In this document: positions 7,942 through 16,711 of the stretch, one piece after another
Layout: each line of letters opens with the position of its first letter
Numbering within the stretch: the first letter of the stretch is position 1
IMG/VR virus record: IMGVR_UViG_3300005573_001597
DNA length: 33,502 bases
Origin: a virus
Strand: one strand, 5' to 3'
The notes under the pieces: model-generated
Databases searched by the model: none
The model's input: the letters and a program-made list of their open reading frames with translations, nothing else
What the model was told of the DNA's origin: nothing
Translations under genes and position numbers: made by a program

Positions 7942-8603
7942 GAGAATGGCGTAAGCCTCAAAGTTTCAGGGCGCAGAGCGTAGCCAGCAGCTTTACCATT
8001 ACCGCTGACAAGATGGATAAGCGGTTTGTTGGTTCGTTGCCGATTGAGGATTGGAGTTGGCAGATTGGCGTCATTGTTGGGCGTAGTGGCACGGGTAAAA
8101 CAACTATAGCTAAGCAGCTTTTTCCAGCCGATTACATAAGAGGCTTTGAGTATGGAGCTGAGACTATCCTTGATGATTTTCCTGAGGGTCTTTCCGTGTC
8201 TGAAATTACGCGGGCGCTTTGCTGTGTGGGTTTCTCTTCGCCTCCTGATTGGCTTAAGCCCTATGCTGTTTTGAGTCAGGGTGAGAAGATGCGTGTGGAT
8301 GTTGCACGTGCTCTTTTGCTTGCGGAAAAGCGGGTGGTTTTTGATGAATTTACGAGTGTGGTTGACCGTGAAGTCGCCAAGATTGCATCTCTCGCCATCA
8401 GTAAAGCCGTGCGGCGGTCAAATAAGCAGTTCATAGCTGTAACTTGTCATCGTGATATTCTTGATTGGCTTGAGCCTGACTGGGTTTTCGATACAGACGA
8501 TATGACGTTTGATAAAAAAAAAGAATCCATCCGCCGCTTGAACTCAAAATTCTCGAAGTTAAGCGTGAACTCTGGGGATTGTTTAGGAACTATCATTATC
8601 TAA
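7938..8603 (+). CDS. ABC-type ATPase (soluble; N-terminal part of a probable frameshift fusion with GNAT)
   Basis: Walker A GRSGTGKT, signature LSQGE, Walker B VVFDEFTS, H-loop VTCH; no membrane partner. Confidence 0.88.
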   Translation: MREWRKPQSFRAQSVASSFTITADKMDKRFVGSLPIEDWSWQIGVIVGRSGTGKTTIAKQLFPADYIRGFEYGAETILDDFPEGLSVSEITRALCCVGFSSPPDWLKPYAVLSQGEKMRVDVARALLLAEKRVVFDEFTSVVDREVAKIASLAISKAVRRSNKQFIAVTCHRDILDWLEPDWVFDTDDMTFDKKKESIRRLNSKFSKLSVNSGDCLGTIII

Positions 8604-9001
8604 ACACGGATGAGCTTAATTTTTGTACGTGTTATGCTGCCTTTTTAGATGGAAATCCTGTGGCTTTTTTGGCTGTTCGCCATGTGAAGATGAAGTCTGA
8701 ATATTTTGCGGTAAGTCGCGTTGTTGTGTTGCCTGATTATCAAGGTGTAGGGATTGGACGGCGGCTTGTGACTTTTGTTGCTGAGCATTATCGGTCTCGG
8801 ACGCATCGGTCTTTTCGTCTTGTTACTAGTAATCCGCAGTTCGTTTATGGCAAGATGCCTGGCTGGCGTCTGGTGCGTGTTGGTAGGTCGGGGCGTTTGG
8901 ATAATGCGAGTTTTCGGCAGCGGTTTGGCGGCGCCTACACGTCTAGTAGCAGAAACCGCTTAACGGTTACGCTTGAATATTTAGGAGTGCTTAAGGCATG
9001 A
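8516..9001 (+). CDS. GNAT acetyltransferase domain, reachable by -1 frameshift at the A9 run
   Basis: Motif A VSRVVVLPDYQGVGIGRRL; this frame opens right after TAA 8513-8515 (KKRIHPPLELKILEVKRELWGLFRNYHYL). The track start at 8579 is a TTG with no clear RBS. Confidence 0.8.
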   Translation, partial: KKRIHPPLELKILEVKRELWGLFRNYHYLNTDELNFCTCYAAFLDGNPVAFLAVRHVKMKSEYFAVSRVVVLPDYQGVGIGRRLVTFVAEHYRSRTHRSFRLVTSNPQFVYGKMPGWRLVRVGRSGRLDNASFRQRFGGAYTSSSRNRLTVTLEYLGVLKA

Positions 9002-9046
9002 CTTTTCTTTTTTGTTTTTATTTTTTGCAAATTTGCGTATTTTCCT

Positions 9047-9580
9047 TTGGGGGGGTTCGGTGTGAAGGATGAGTTGTTTAGGCGTCGGCAGCGTATGCTT
9101 CGGCTTTTGGCTATCGGGAATAGCTTGAAGGTTGTTGTTGATACTATTTGCAAGGAGTTTGGTGTTTCTAAACAAACCGTTTATTCTGACTATTATCGTA
9201 TGGCTGATTGGGTGCATGTTCTGCAGCAGGATAAGGCTTTGTCTTCTCTGGTGCGGGAACGGCTAGACCTTCTTAATCGTGAGCTTTTGGGGTTGATGCT
9301 TGAAATTGAGTCTGTAGGGGAAAAGAAAGCGTCTATTAAGGAGCGGTTTTTGAAGGTGAACGCCGCTATAGCTGCCTTGAAGGTTGTGCAGGAACAGATT
9401 AAGCTAGGGCAGAATCTTGGGTTGATTGAGCGGAAGCCTGAGGTTATTCAATCCGCGGTTAGTTTGGCTATGCCGTTTGAGGCGTCCCCTGAAATTAGAG
9501 ACGCTTACGCCAAGTTTGCTGAGGCGCAAAGGGCTGAGAAGGATGCCGCAACAAAAGCTGAATCTGACGCCGGGCACTGA
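9047..9580 (+). CDS. Putative terminase small subunit (N-terminal HTH)
   Basis: TICKEFGVSKQTVYSDY HTH, helical body, overlaps the terminase large subunit start. Confidence 0.6.
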   Translation: MGGFGVKDELFRRRQRMLRLLAIGNSLKVVVDTICKEFGVSKQTVYSDYYRMADWVHVLQQDKALSSLVRERLDLLNRELLGLMLEIESVGEKKASIKERFLKVNAAIAALKVVQEQIKLGQNLGLIERKPEVIQSAVSLAMPFEASPEIRDAYAKFAEAQRAEKDAATKAESDAGH

Positions 9581-10811
9581 TTTTCTGCGGTATGCTCCGC
9601 ATCCTGCGCAGCTTCCTTTTCACGCAGGCAAGGGCATCTACAGTCAAAGGGCTTGTCTTTGCGGGACTGGGTCGGGGAAGACAAAATGTGGGTTGGCTGA
9701 GGATATTCGTTGGGCGCTGGATTATCCTGGAAGTGTAGGGTACATTTTTGAGCCGTCTTATCCGATGATGAAGCGTATTTTGTTTCCGACTTTGGAGAGT
9801 AAAGATTTTTTTGGGTGTTCTTTTCCGTTTACGCAGAATCCCTATGTTGCTGGCTTTAGTAGGGAGGATATGCGGCTGGATTGGTTTAATGGTTCGCAGT
9901 GGTGGTTTGTGTCGCTGGATGATCCAGAAAAAGCGGAGGGTCCTAACATTGATTATGCGCATATTGATGAAGCGCGTTTGGTGCGGCATTTTGATACTGC
10001 GTGGCTTACGGTGGTTCGGCGGTTGCGTAGGAGTGGCCGTTGCATGGTTCCGATTAATCCAGCCGTTTGGCTTACAACTACGACTGATGCGCCGGGCAGT
10101 CCATTGTTTAATGTTACGGAAAATCCTCAGACGGCTAGCGCTGATATGCGGGTTTACCGTTGGAGCATCTTTGAAAACCCAACTTTGCCAAAGGAATTCA
10201 TAGCGGAGATTGTGCGGACGCATACGGGCGGCTTAGCTGACCGCTTTATCTACGGCAAATTCGCCACTGTCGCCGCGGGTAGCTTGCCCTTTGATTCTTC
10301 CAAGCATATTCGGGAGTTGACTGATAAGGCGTTGATTGACCGGGTTAGTTATGGGGTTGACTTCGGCTGGAGTGCTCCTTCGGCGATTGTGGTGAACTGT
10401 TTTGACCCTGACGGCAGAGCCTACGCTGTGGATGAGTTCTATAAGCGGGAGACTACGGATGAAGAGTTAGCTAAGGCTGCTTTGGAACTGCAAGAGGAGT
10501 GGGGGAAGGGAACTTTTTGGTGTGACGCCCGCTTTCCTCAGTCGATTCTGAAGCTTTGCCGTGCAGGTCTAGACGCCAAGCCTTACACTTTCAAACGTGA
10601 GGATGGCTTGAGGGAGCTTGGAAGCCGTCTAACGCCTGCGAGTGATGGGAAGCCCCGCCAATTTGTGAGTAAACGCTGCGTGAATCTGATTAGTGAGTTG
10701 TTGGAGTATCGGGAAGACGTGAAGGAAAACGACCATGCAACGGACGCTTTGCGGTATAGTTTGCCGCTTGAGTTGGAAGAAAAGCCGTTCTTGTACGTGG
10801 TTCGGCGTTGA
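9543..10811 (+). CDS. terL: Terminase large subunit
   Basis: PHPAQ, Walker A CGTGSGKT, Walker B AHIDEA, coupling motif TTT, nuclease GVDFGWSAP and DHATDALRY. ATG at 9543 preferred over 9426. Confidence 0.93.
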   Translation: MPQQKLNLTPGTDFLRYAPHPAQLPFHAGKGIYSQRACLCGTGSGKTKCGLAEDIRWALDYPGSVGYIFEPSYPMMKRILFPTLESKDFFGCSFPFTQNPYVAGFSREDMRLDWFNGSQWWFVSLDDPEKAEGPNIDYAHIDEARLVRHFDTAWLTVVRRLRRSGRCMVPINPAVWLTTTTDAPGSPLFNVTENPQTASADMRVYRWSIFENPTLPKEFIAEIVRTHTGGLADRFIYGKFATVAAGSLPFDSSKHIRELTDKALIDRVSYGVDFGWSAPSAIVVNCFDPDGRAYAVDEFYKRETTDEELAKAALELQEEWGKGTFWCDARFPQSILKLCRAGLDAKPYTFKREDGLRELGSRLTPASDGKPRQFVSKRCVNLISELLEYREDVKENDHATDALRYSLPLELEEKPFLYVVRR

Positions 10812-10815
10812 GGCT

Positions 10816-10833
10816 ATAAGTTAATTTTTATAA
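10816..10833 (+). promoter_or_regulatory. Late-promoter motif B: ATAAGTTA-attt-TTATAA
   Basis: Same 8-mer and spacing; precedes the head operon. Confidence 0.75.
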
Positions 10834-10863
10834 GGTGTTGGCTTCGATAGGGTTGTTTCGTGT

Positions 10864-10932
10864 AGGCAGCTCTGGGGAAAGCGGTAAGCTTGACCTCTCC
10901 CACCCAGGGCTGCTTGGCTTGCTGTTTTCCCC
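10864..10932 (+). promoter_or_regulatory. Structured 5' leader with two competing stems
   Basis: 10864-10876 pairs with 10903-10915 (13 bp); 10874-10890 pairs with 10916-10932 (17 bp, several G-U), ending at ATG 10933. Confidence 0.5.
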
Positions 10933-12531
10933 ATGGCTGACAAAGCTTTCGGGTCTGTTGCTGGGTTGACTGGAAATTCAGGTAATGAGGAAGGCAAGTT
11001 AGTTCATGAACGTGTAGCTTCGATTCTGCCTTTTTCTGTTACTGAGAAGATTGCCGATAAGCCGTTGCGGATTCGCGGTTTGGCGATGACTGCGGGTTTG
11101 TCGCGTAACTTCAACCTGTACACGTCTGAAGAGTTGGCGGCTTTTGCGGGGAAACTTCAAGCGGCACCTGTCTATCTTGAGCATGTTTCTGTCAATGACG
11201 CTGTTGGTAAGGTTACTAAGACGGAGTGGGATGGGCAGAACCTGCTTTATGAGGCGGAAATCTACGATGAGGAAACAGCCGCTAAGATTCGCAAGGGCTT
11301 AATTCGTCATGTTAGCGTGGGCGCTGACTATGAGACTCTTGATGTGACGGCAGGCGGCAAGGTTCCTCATGGCTTGCATAATGCGGAGATGTCGCTTGTG
11401 GCGGTGCCCGGTATTCCCGAAACTAACATCCAAGTTCTTGAGCGGCTCTGTGAGAGTTTGGCTGCGGGTAAGCAGCGTTTTCATCTTTCCGCTAAGATGC
11501 GGGAGATTTTGGAGCCGCTTGGTCCTGAGTTTCTGCAATGTGTTTTCTGTGGGCAGCCAGGTGAATACTTGGTTAGTCTCTGCACTTCTTGCGGTGATAA
11601 CGCGCAAGCCGCGGTAGATGGTGCTGCTCACGAGCAGTTAGAGCCTGAGGTGCCTGGAGAATACTTTTTGGGTTTTGTTCAGGACCCGAATCTGTTTTTG
11701 GCTGAGCATTTTAGGACCGTCTGGCTCGACCATGCAAACGGTATTTTGGCTGTGATGGCTAAGACGCGCTCTGACCCTGCGGTCGAGCGATGCCAAGAGA
11801 TTCTTTTCCTTAAGTCCAAGTGGCAGCCGAATACGGTTGCTGATTGGCTTCGCATTCACCCAGATTACACGGTTTCAGCTGGTGATTTGGGTCAAAGTAA
11901 TGGAGTTGAAAATATGCAAAAAGAAGAGCTAAAGAACCTCGTTAAGGAGGCGTTGGAAGAAGCGGGCGTTGTTGAAGCTGAATGGGATACTGAATACATC
12001 AACAACCTGCCAGATGATGCTTTCGCTTATGTCGAGGACGGCGGCGAGAAGGATGAACAAGGCAAAACGGTTCCGCGTAGCCTTCGGCATCTGCCGTACA
12101 AGAACGCGGAGGGTAACTTGGATGCTGACCACGTGCGGAATGCTCTGGCGAGGTTAGACCAGACGGAGATTTCTGCTGAGGCAAAGAAGGCAGCGTTGAG
12201 GAAACTTTGCGCTGCTGCTGGCGAACTTGAGATTGAAAGCGCTGTTTGCAATTTGGATAGTGCAGCGGAGCGTCTGCAAACTGAGCTAGCTCAAACCAAA
12301 GAGAAGTTAACCCAGGCTAGCAACTTGGTTGAGAAGCTTAAACAGTTTGTGCCCGGTGTGGACTTGCTTTCCAATCCGCCTAAGCTGATGCCTGTTTCTG
12401 AGTGTCTAGAGCGGCTGGGGCGCCTAGAGTTGCCGAAGATGCAGGAGCGACTTTCGTTGGGTAATCAGTTGCAGGCTCAGAAGGTTCGCAAGGAAATCTT
12501 CGAGGTTAAGCAAAAGTACGGTGTTGCCTAA
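10933..12531 (+). CDS. HK97-family prohead protease fused to zinc finger, accessory domain and scaffold-like coiled coil
   Basis: IRGLAMTAG-SRN...YLEH...HVSVG...EMSLVAVPG; then CVFC...CTSC; WDTEYINNLPDDAFAY...RHLPYK domain; C-terminal coiled coil. Confidence 0.85.
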   Translation: MADKAFGSVAGLTGNSGNEEGKLVHERVASILPFSVTEKIADKPLRIRGLAMTAGLSRNFNLYTSEELAAFAGKLQAAPVYLEHVSVNDAVGKVTKTEWDGQNLLYEAEIYDEETAAKIRKGLIRHVSVGADYETLDVTAGGKVPHGLHNAEMSLVAVPGIPETNIQVLERLCESLAAGKQRFHLSAKMREILEPLGPEFLQCVFCGQPGEYLVSLCTSCGDNAQAAVDGAAHEQLEPEVPGEYFLGFVQDPNLFLAEHFRTVWLDHANGILAVMAKTRSDPAVERCQEILFLKSKWQPNTVADWLRIHPDYTVSAGDLGQSNGVENMQKEELKNLVKEALEEAGVVEAEWDTEYINNLPDDAFAYVEDGGEKDEQGKTVPRSLRHLPYKNAEGNLDADHVRNALARLDQTEISAEAKKAALRKLCAAAGELEIESAVCNLDSAAERLQTELAQTKEKLTQASNLVEKLKQFVPGVDLLSNPPKLMPVSECLERLGRLELPKMQERLSLGNQLQAQKVRKEIFEVKQKYGVA

Positions 12532-12650
12532 TGGCGAAGGAAAAGAGCTTCTACGAGCTAAGCAAGTCGCAAGTACTTGACAATATGCAGCTGGCGGCTT
12601 GGCTGCGTTCCATCGAGGACCGCTTAAACAGTAAGGTGGTAACTGCATGA
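12531..12650 (+). CDS. Microprotein (39 aa, not in ORF track)
   Basis: TAATG coupling; MAKEKSFYELSKSQVLDNMQLAAWLRSIEDRLNSKVVTA. Confidence 0.4.
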   Translation: MAKEKSFYELSKSQVLDNMQLAAWLRSIEDRLNSKVVTA

Positions 12651-12665
12651 TAGCGGTCCTTTTTT
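12616..12665 (+). terminator. Stem-loop plus T-tract inside the head operon (terminator or attenuator candidate)
   Basis: AGGACCGCT (12616-12624) / AGCGGTCCT (12652-12660), a perfect 9-bp stem followed by TTTTT. Confidence 0.5.
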
Positions 12666-12739
12666 GCTCACAAATGTGGGGGAGAGTACCAAAAGACGAA
12701 TTTTGGGAAATCTTGAAAACACTTGGAGATTGATTTAGG

Positions 12740-13168
12740 ATGGCTGATAAAACTGGCAAGACATGGATGGCTGTAGGCGAGTCAGATGACCCTAATGCAC
12801 TCATAGAATCTTTCGAGGCTGAAGCATCGATTACTAAAGGCTCACCTGTTTACTTGAGCGCTGACGATAAGGTTTCTGCTAGTCCAGGCGGAGATGACGC
12901 TTTAGGTATAGCGGTAAAATCCGTTACAGCAGGCCAAATGTGTCCAGTGCTTAGGAGGGGCAGAGTCAAAGTTACTGCTAACGGACCAATAACACGGGGT
13001 AAAGCAGTGTGCAGCGCTGCAAGCGGCAAAGTTACGCAGCTAGTGGATCAGGCAGTTAACGAGGGCGGCTCAGCGACCTATACCATATACTACAATCGCA
13101 AACTCGGAACCGCTCTTGAATCTGCAACAACTGATGGAGACCTAATCTTCATCGATGTGGAGAAGTGA
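12740..13168 (+). CDS. Capsid decoration/cement protein (DUF2190-like)
   Basis: FEAEASITKGSPV...ALGIA...GRVKV...GKAV...GTALESATTDGDLI; directly before the capsid gene. Confidence 0.75.
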   Translation: MADKTGKTWMAVGESDDPNALIESFEAEASITKGSPVYLSADDKVSASPGGDDALGIAVKSVTAGQMCPVLRRGRVKVTANGPITRGKAVCSAASGKVTQLVDQAVNEGGSATYTIYYNRKLGTALESATTDGDLIFIDVEK

Positions 13169-14127
13169 TAGCATTGAAACCCCGATTATTTGAATCAGTA
13201 ATGCAGAAACAAGGCGAGCAAAGAGCACTATACGAGCAACTGAAGACAAAGACTGAGTCACCGTTCTTTAAACGCTATACCGCTATGGGCATCAAAGAAG
13301 GTCTGTTTAGTGACTCTGCGGGCGCATTGGGTAAGATGCATGATACGTTGGTTGAGGCGGCGTATCCTGAACTCATCGGCAGAAACATAATTAATGTTAT
13401 GCCGACAAGTGAGGCTTTGGAACGTTTTCCGCTTGATGCTGACGCTGTAGCTTACCGCTATGCTGAAGGTGCCGTGACTCGGTTAAGCGGCAAAAAGAAC
13501 ACAACCGTCGACATAAACACTGACAAACTGGTCAGTTCCTCTGAGGAATGGACACGTGAATTCGTTGAGGACGCAACTTGGAACGTCATGGATAACATGG
13601 TTAACAAAGTCGGCAGAGCACTCGGCATCAAAGAAACCGAAGACATCATTAGCATGTACGGGGCAATTGCGGCAGGCGATTTAGCAAGTGGAGCAGCCCT
13701 AGCAGGCGGCGGCGCCGTCTTTAGCTGGGCTAAACTGCTTGAACTCTACAACGCGGTCAAAGGTGAAAACTGGAAGCCCACAGTACTAGCGCTCAACGAA
13801 ACACAGCTAAACCAACTACTCAACGACGACAAATTCATCCATTCCCAATATTTGCCTAGCAGTGAGACGGAAATCGGGCAAGGTGTAATCGGTAGCGTAC
13901 TTGGCATGAAGGTGCAAGCAAGCACTTTGGTGCCTAACGGTACTGCTTACGCGATTGATACCCGTGTCGCTTCCGTCATGTTGCTGCGCCGTGACGTTAC
14001 AGTCGAGGACTGGGAGAGCGTCAAGGAAGGCAAGTATGGTGTCCGCGCTTCTACTCGCTACGGTCTAGGTGTCTTGCGTTCAGATGCAGTTGCCAAAATG
14101 ACCAACATTAAGACTACGCTGACTTAG
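13165..14127 (+). CDS. Major capsid protein, HK97 fold
   Basis: 320 aa; P-domain-like TVLALNETQLNQLL...DKF, GSVLGMKV, RYGLGVLRSDAVA end; position after protease and cement genes. Confidence 0.88.
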   Translation: MIALKPRLFESVMQKQGEQRALYEQLKTKTESPFFKRYTAMGIKEGLFSDSAGALGKMHDTLVEAAYPELIGRNIINVMPTSEALERFPLDADAVAYRYAEGAVTRLSGKKNTTVDINTDKLVSSSEEWTREFVEDATWNVMDNMVNKVGRALGIKETEDIISMYGAIAAGDLASGAALAGGGAVFSWAKLLELYNAVKGENWKPTVLALNETQLNQLLNDDKFIHSQYLPSSETEIGQGVIGSVLGMKVQASTLVPNGTAYAIDTRVASVMLLRRDVTVEDWESVKEGKYGVRASTRYGLGVLRSDAVAKMTNIKTTLT

Positions 14128-14129
14128 GG

Positions 14130-14417
14130 TTGAGGTTGCTTTTGGCTGAGTATGAGGGCAAATGTTCCAACTGCGGTCGCATCTACCATTCGCAACATGC
14201 GGATGTGGTGGTTTGCGATTGCTGGGAGGTTTGTCCCTTATGCGGTGCCAAGATGGAGCCTTACACGCCTGATTTAGCTGCTAACACGTATGGTAGAAAT
14301 GGCAGGCGTGACTTGCTTGTCATGCGTGTATGCAATAACGTTGCGGGTCACTCTAACAATATCCCCTTTTTTAGTTATCAAAGACCTGTTGAAGTAGAGT
14401 TGGAGCAGTTGAGATAG
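14130..14417 (+). CDS. Zinc-finger protein
   Basis: CSNCG, CDC...CPLCG. Confidence 0.65.
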   Translation: MRLLLAEYEGKCSNCGRIYHSQHADVVVCDCWEVCPLCGAKMEPYTPDLAANTYGRNGRRDLLVMRVCNNVAGHSNNIPFFSYQRPVEVELEQLR

Positions 14418-15734
14418 ATGGCACCGAATATCTTTGGGAAATTGCGGGAAGTTCTGAGTTATCAGCCTGTGAGCGGAGCTGCTTCGCCTAATAAGCGAAC
14501 GTTTTTTGATTCTGCCTTGATTCCTTTGGCGGATGTCATGCGGTTGTACGAGCGTGACCCCACTTGCAAGGCAAGTGTGGATTTGCTGGCGGCTTCAGCG
14601 GTTGGTGTGGGCTTTTACACCACGGTCGATGAGAAATACGACAAAGCTGCCGAGGCTAAAGCGGTGGTGGACCGGTTCTGTGAAGACGTGAACTTGGACG
14701 GCTTGCTAAATGACATGGCTAAGCCTTTGATTGCCTGCGGGAACGATTTCTGGCTCAAGCTCACACCGCAACGGCTAGCTGATGTTTTGCGTATGCCGAT
14801 TGATGCGGTGCAGCGGATTGGGCTTAGCAGTGTTCCCGACCTAAAACTTCCCTATCAGGTTACGGGTTATCAGCTTAAAAGCACATACACGGCTAGCGCG
14901 GGAGGTGAGCTTAAGCCTGAAGCTGTGATTCACTGGCGCCTTAGCGGTGATGTGCCTTCTGGCTTCGGCGTTGGTTTGCTGCAGGTGCTTTTACACACGT
15001 TAACCGTTGACTCGGATAATCGTCCGGCTGTTGCTTGGATGAAAGCCAAAATCGAGCGCATAATGCCCAAGATTTTTGAGAAGTATGCGGGACCTGACGT
15101 TTTGGCGATGCTGGAAGGTACAGATGAGGAAACGTGCAAAAAGTTTGAGCAGGCTATAAATAACCGTGATGAAGAGGGTACATGGCTTTTTTATAACAAG
15201 AAAATCGATGTGAAGCCTGTGACGATTGACCCGCGGGCGCAAGGTTTCGTTTACTATATCGACCATATCATTAATCAGTTTTATTTGGGCTGCGAGACGC
15301 CTCTGCCGCGGCTTTTTAGCACTCCGGGCTTTACTGAGGCATCGGCTAGGGCAGCGCTGGATTTGCAGGACATGCTCATTAAGCCTATTCAGCGGTATAT
15401 CAAGCGTCAAGTGGAGAGGGAAATTTTCGCGGTGGTTGTGGCTCAAGCAGGTTTTGACGCTGCCAAGGCTAAGGTTCGGTTGAATTTTGGCAGCCCCGAA
15501 ACGCCAGAACTTAATCCAGCCGACCTCATCAAAGCGGCAGAAAGCGGATTAATTCGTGCAGAGGAGTTCCGTAAGAACGCCGTTAAGTTTGGCTGGGAGC
15601 TATGGGAGCAAAAGCAAACCACAGCGGCGGGGCAACAGCCGATAGATAGCCTTGAGGGTTTGCATGGAAGGAAAGGCGCGGGTAGGTATCTTGTTGTTGA
15701 TTTGGGGAAGAATAGGGAGCCTGCTAAAAGTTGA
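14418..15734 (+). CDS. Portal protein
   Basis: 438 aa; YERDPTCKASVD...GVGF, EAVIHWR...FGVGLL, C-terminal RLNFG pattern typical of portals. Confidence 0.78.
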   Translation: MAPNIFGKLREVLSYQPVSGAASPNKRTFFDSALIPLADVMRLYERDPTCKASVDLLAASAVGVGFYTTVDEKYDKAAEAKAVVDRFCEDVNLDGLLNDMAKPLIACGNDFWLKLTPQRLADVLRMPIDAVQRIGLSSVPDLKLPYQVTGYQLKSTYTASAGGELKPEAVIHWRLSGDVPSGFGVGLLQVLLHTLTVDSDNRPAVAWMKAKIERIMPKIFEKYAGPDVLAMLEGTDEETCKKFEQAINNRDEEGTWLFYNKKIDVKPVTIDPRAQGFVYYIDHIINQFYLGCETPLPRLFSTPGFTEASARAALDLQDMLIKPIQRYIKRQVEREIFAVVVAQAGFDAAKAKVRLNFGSPETPELNPADLIKAAESGLIRAEEFRKNAVKFGWELWEQKQTTAAGQQPIDSLEGLHGRKGAGRYLVVDLGKNREPAKS

Positions 15735-16042
15735 GTCTGCTGGGGATAGTTGAGGCTGTCGCTGCTGTTCAGATGGTGGGTGAAGCCAAAAGACGTATTC
15801 CTGTTGGGTTGCGCGGCTTAACTTTCTATAGTGAAGATGACGAGTGGGTTTTCCTTTCGAGCGGTCACCCAAATATGTGCGTTGACTGCGCGGACTATGA
15901 GGGCGATATTTATTCGGGTACGGAGCTACGCAGTGCTTTCCCGTATCATACAATCATAGACGAGAATACGATAGCGGCTTCTGTTCATCCTAACTGCTCT
16001 TGCCTGCTAATGAGGGCGGTTTCTATGGGAGGTTTCCTGTAG
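15731..16042 (+). CDS. Short MuF/SPP1 gp7-like minor head protein
   Basis: CVDCADYEG-IY...HPNCSC motif; follows the portal. Confidence 0.65.
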   Translation: MSLLGIVEAVAAVQMVGEAKRRIPVGLRGLTFYSEDDEWVFLSSGHPNMCVDCADYEGDIYSGTELRSAFPYHTIIDENTIAASVHPNCSCLLMRAVSMGGFL

Positions 16043-16273
16043 ATGGGTGAAGTGGCGTATGGCAGATATGAAGATGGCTTTAGGGCGATTCATAGTGCCT
16101 TAAGAGATTTGACAGCTCCGCCACCGGGGAAAAAGATTACGAAAATGGCTTTTTCTTGGAACCTAGACGGGACAGTTAGTGCAATCCGAGCCTATGACGG
16201 TGCAGAACTGCTTTTCACTCTTAGCCTAACTTGGGATGTAAGCGGTCAATTGCAGGATATTACTCGCACTTGA
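16043..16273 (+). CDS. Small virion-associated protein, paralog of 24631-24867
   Basis: Shared RAIHSAL-DL-A-P-G-KIT...AYDG--LLFTL--TW---G-L. Confidence 0.65.
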   Translation: MGEVAYGRYEDGFRAIHSALRDLTAPPPGKKITKMAFSWNLDGTVSAIRAYDGAELLFTLSLTWDVSGQLQDITRT

Positions 16274-16285
16274 AGCCTCTATGTT

Positions 16286-16303
16286 ATAAGTTAAGTCTTT
16301 TAT
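16286..16303 (+). promoter_or_regulatory. Late-promoter motif C: ATAAGTTA-agtc-TTTTAT
   Basis: Same 8-mer and spacing; precedes the neck/tail operon. Confidence 0.7.
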
Positions 16304-16353
16304 GCGGTTGGTTCCGTAACTTGAGAACCAAAGCGTTTGAGGCCTAGTTTGCT

Positions 16354-16707
16354 TTGGCTAGTGTGACTGCCGAGGATGTTCGAGATGTGCTTAATGTTGA
16401 GGATTCAGATATTCCAGACGCTAAAGTCCTTAAAATGATTAAGCGGGCAGCCGTCACAGTCGGGCTTGAAATCTCTGCTACCATCGACTCCATTAACTGC
16501 ACTGATGCCCAAAAAGAAGCCATCACGGTTCTGGCTGCTATCTATGCGCTCTGCTTTTTGACGGGCGGCTCAGCCGTCGGGTTGAACTTTAGCGTAGGCG
16601 ACCTCAACGCTAGTACATCTTCGAGACTGCCAAGCCTCGATGTTCTTCAGGGCGAATTTTCCCGCCTACTAGACAAGCTCAAGACGCCCTATATTGGGAG
16701 GGCTTAG
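16354..16707 (+). CDS. Head-tail connector (adaptor) protein
   Basis: SVTAEDVRDVL...IPDAKVLKMIKRA helical adaptor pattern; size and position. Confidence 0.65.
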   Translation: MASVTAEDVRDVLNVEDSDIPDAKVLKMIKRAAVTVGLEISATIDSINCTDAQKEAITVLAAIYALCFLTGGSAVGLNFSVGDLNASTSSRLPSLDVLQGEFSRLLDKLKTPYIGRA

Positions 16708-16711
16708 CCCC

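Noticed and set aside
7938-8603. ABC transporter
   Set aside because: No permease or binding-protein gene; context is GNAT and terminase.
9049-9055. G7 tract at the terminase small subunit start as a phase-variation site
   Set aside because: A GTG with this tract as RBS lies just downstream, so length changes need not shift the frame; no evidence of variation.
9495-10223. Long antisense ORFs (also 2585-3268, 25824-26552 and others in the track)
   Set aside because: They shadow well-supported + strand genes, lack motifs and RBS, and reflect codon bias or the repeat.
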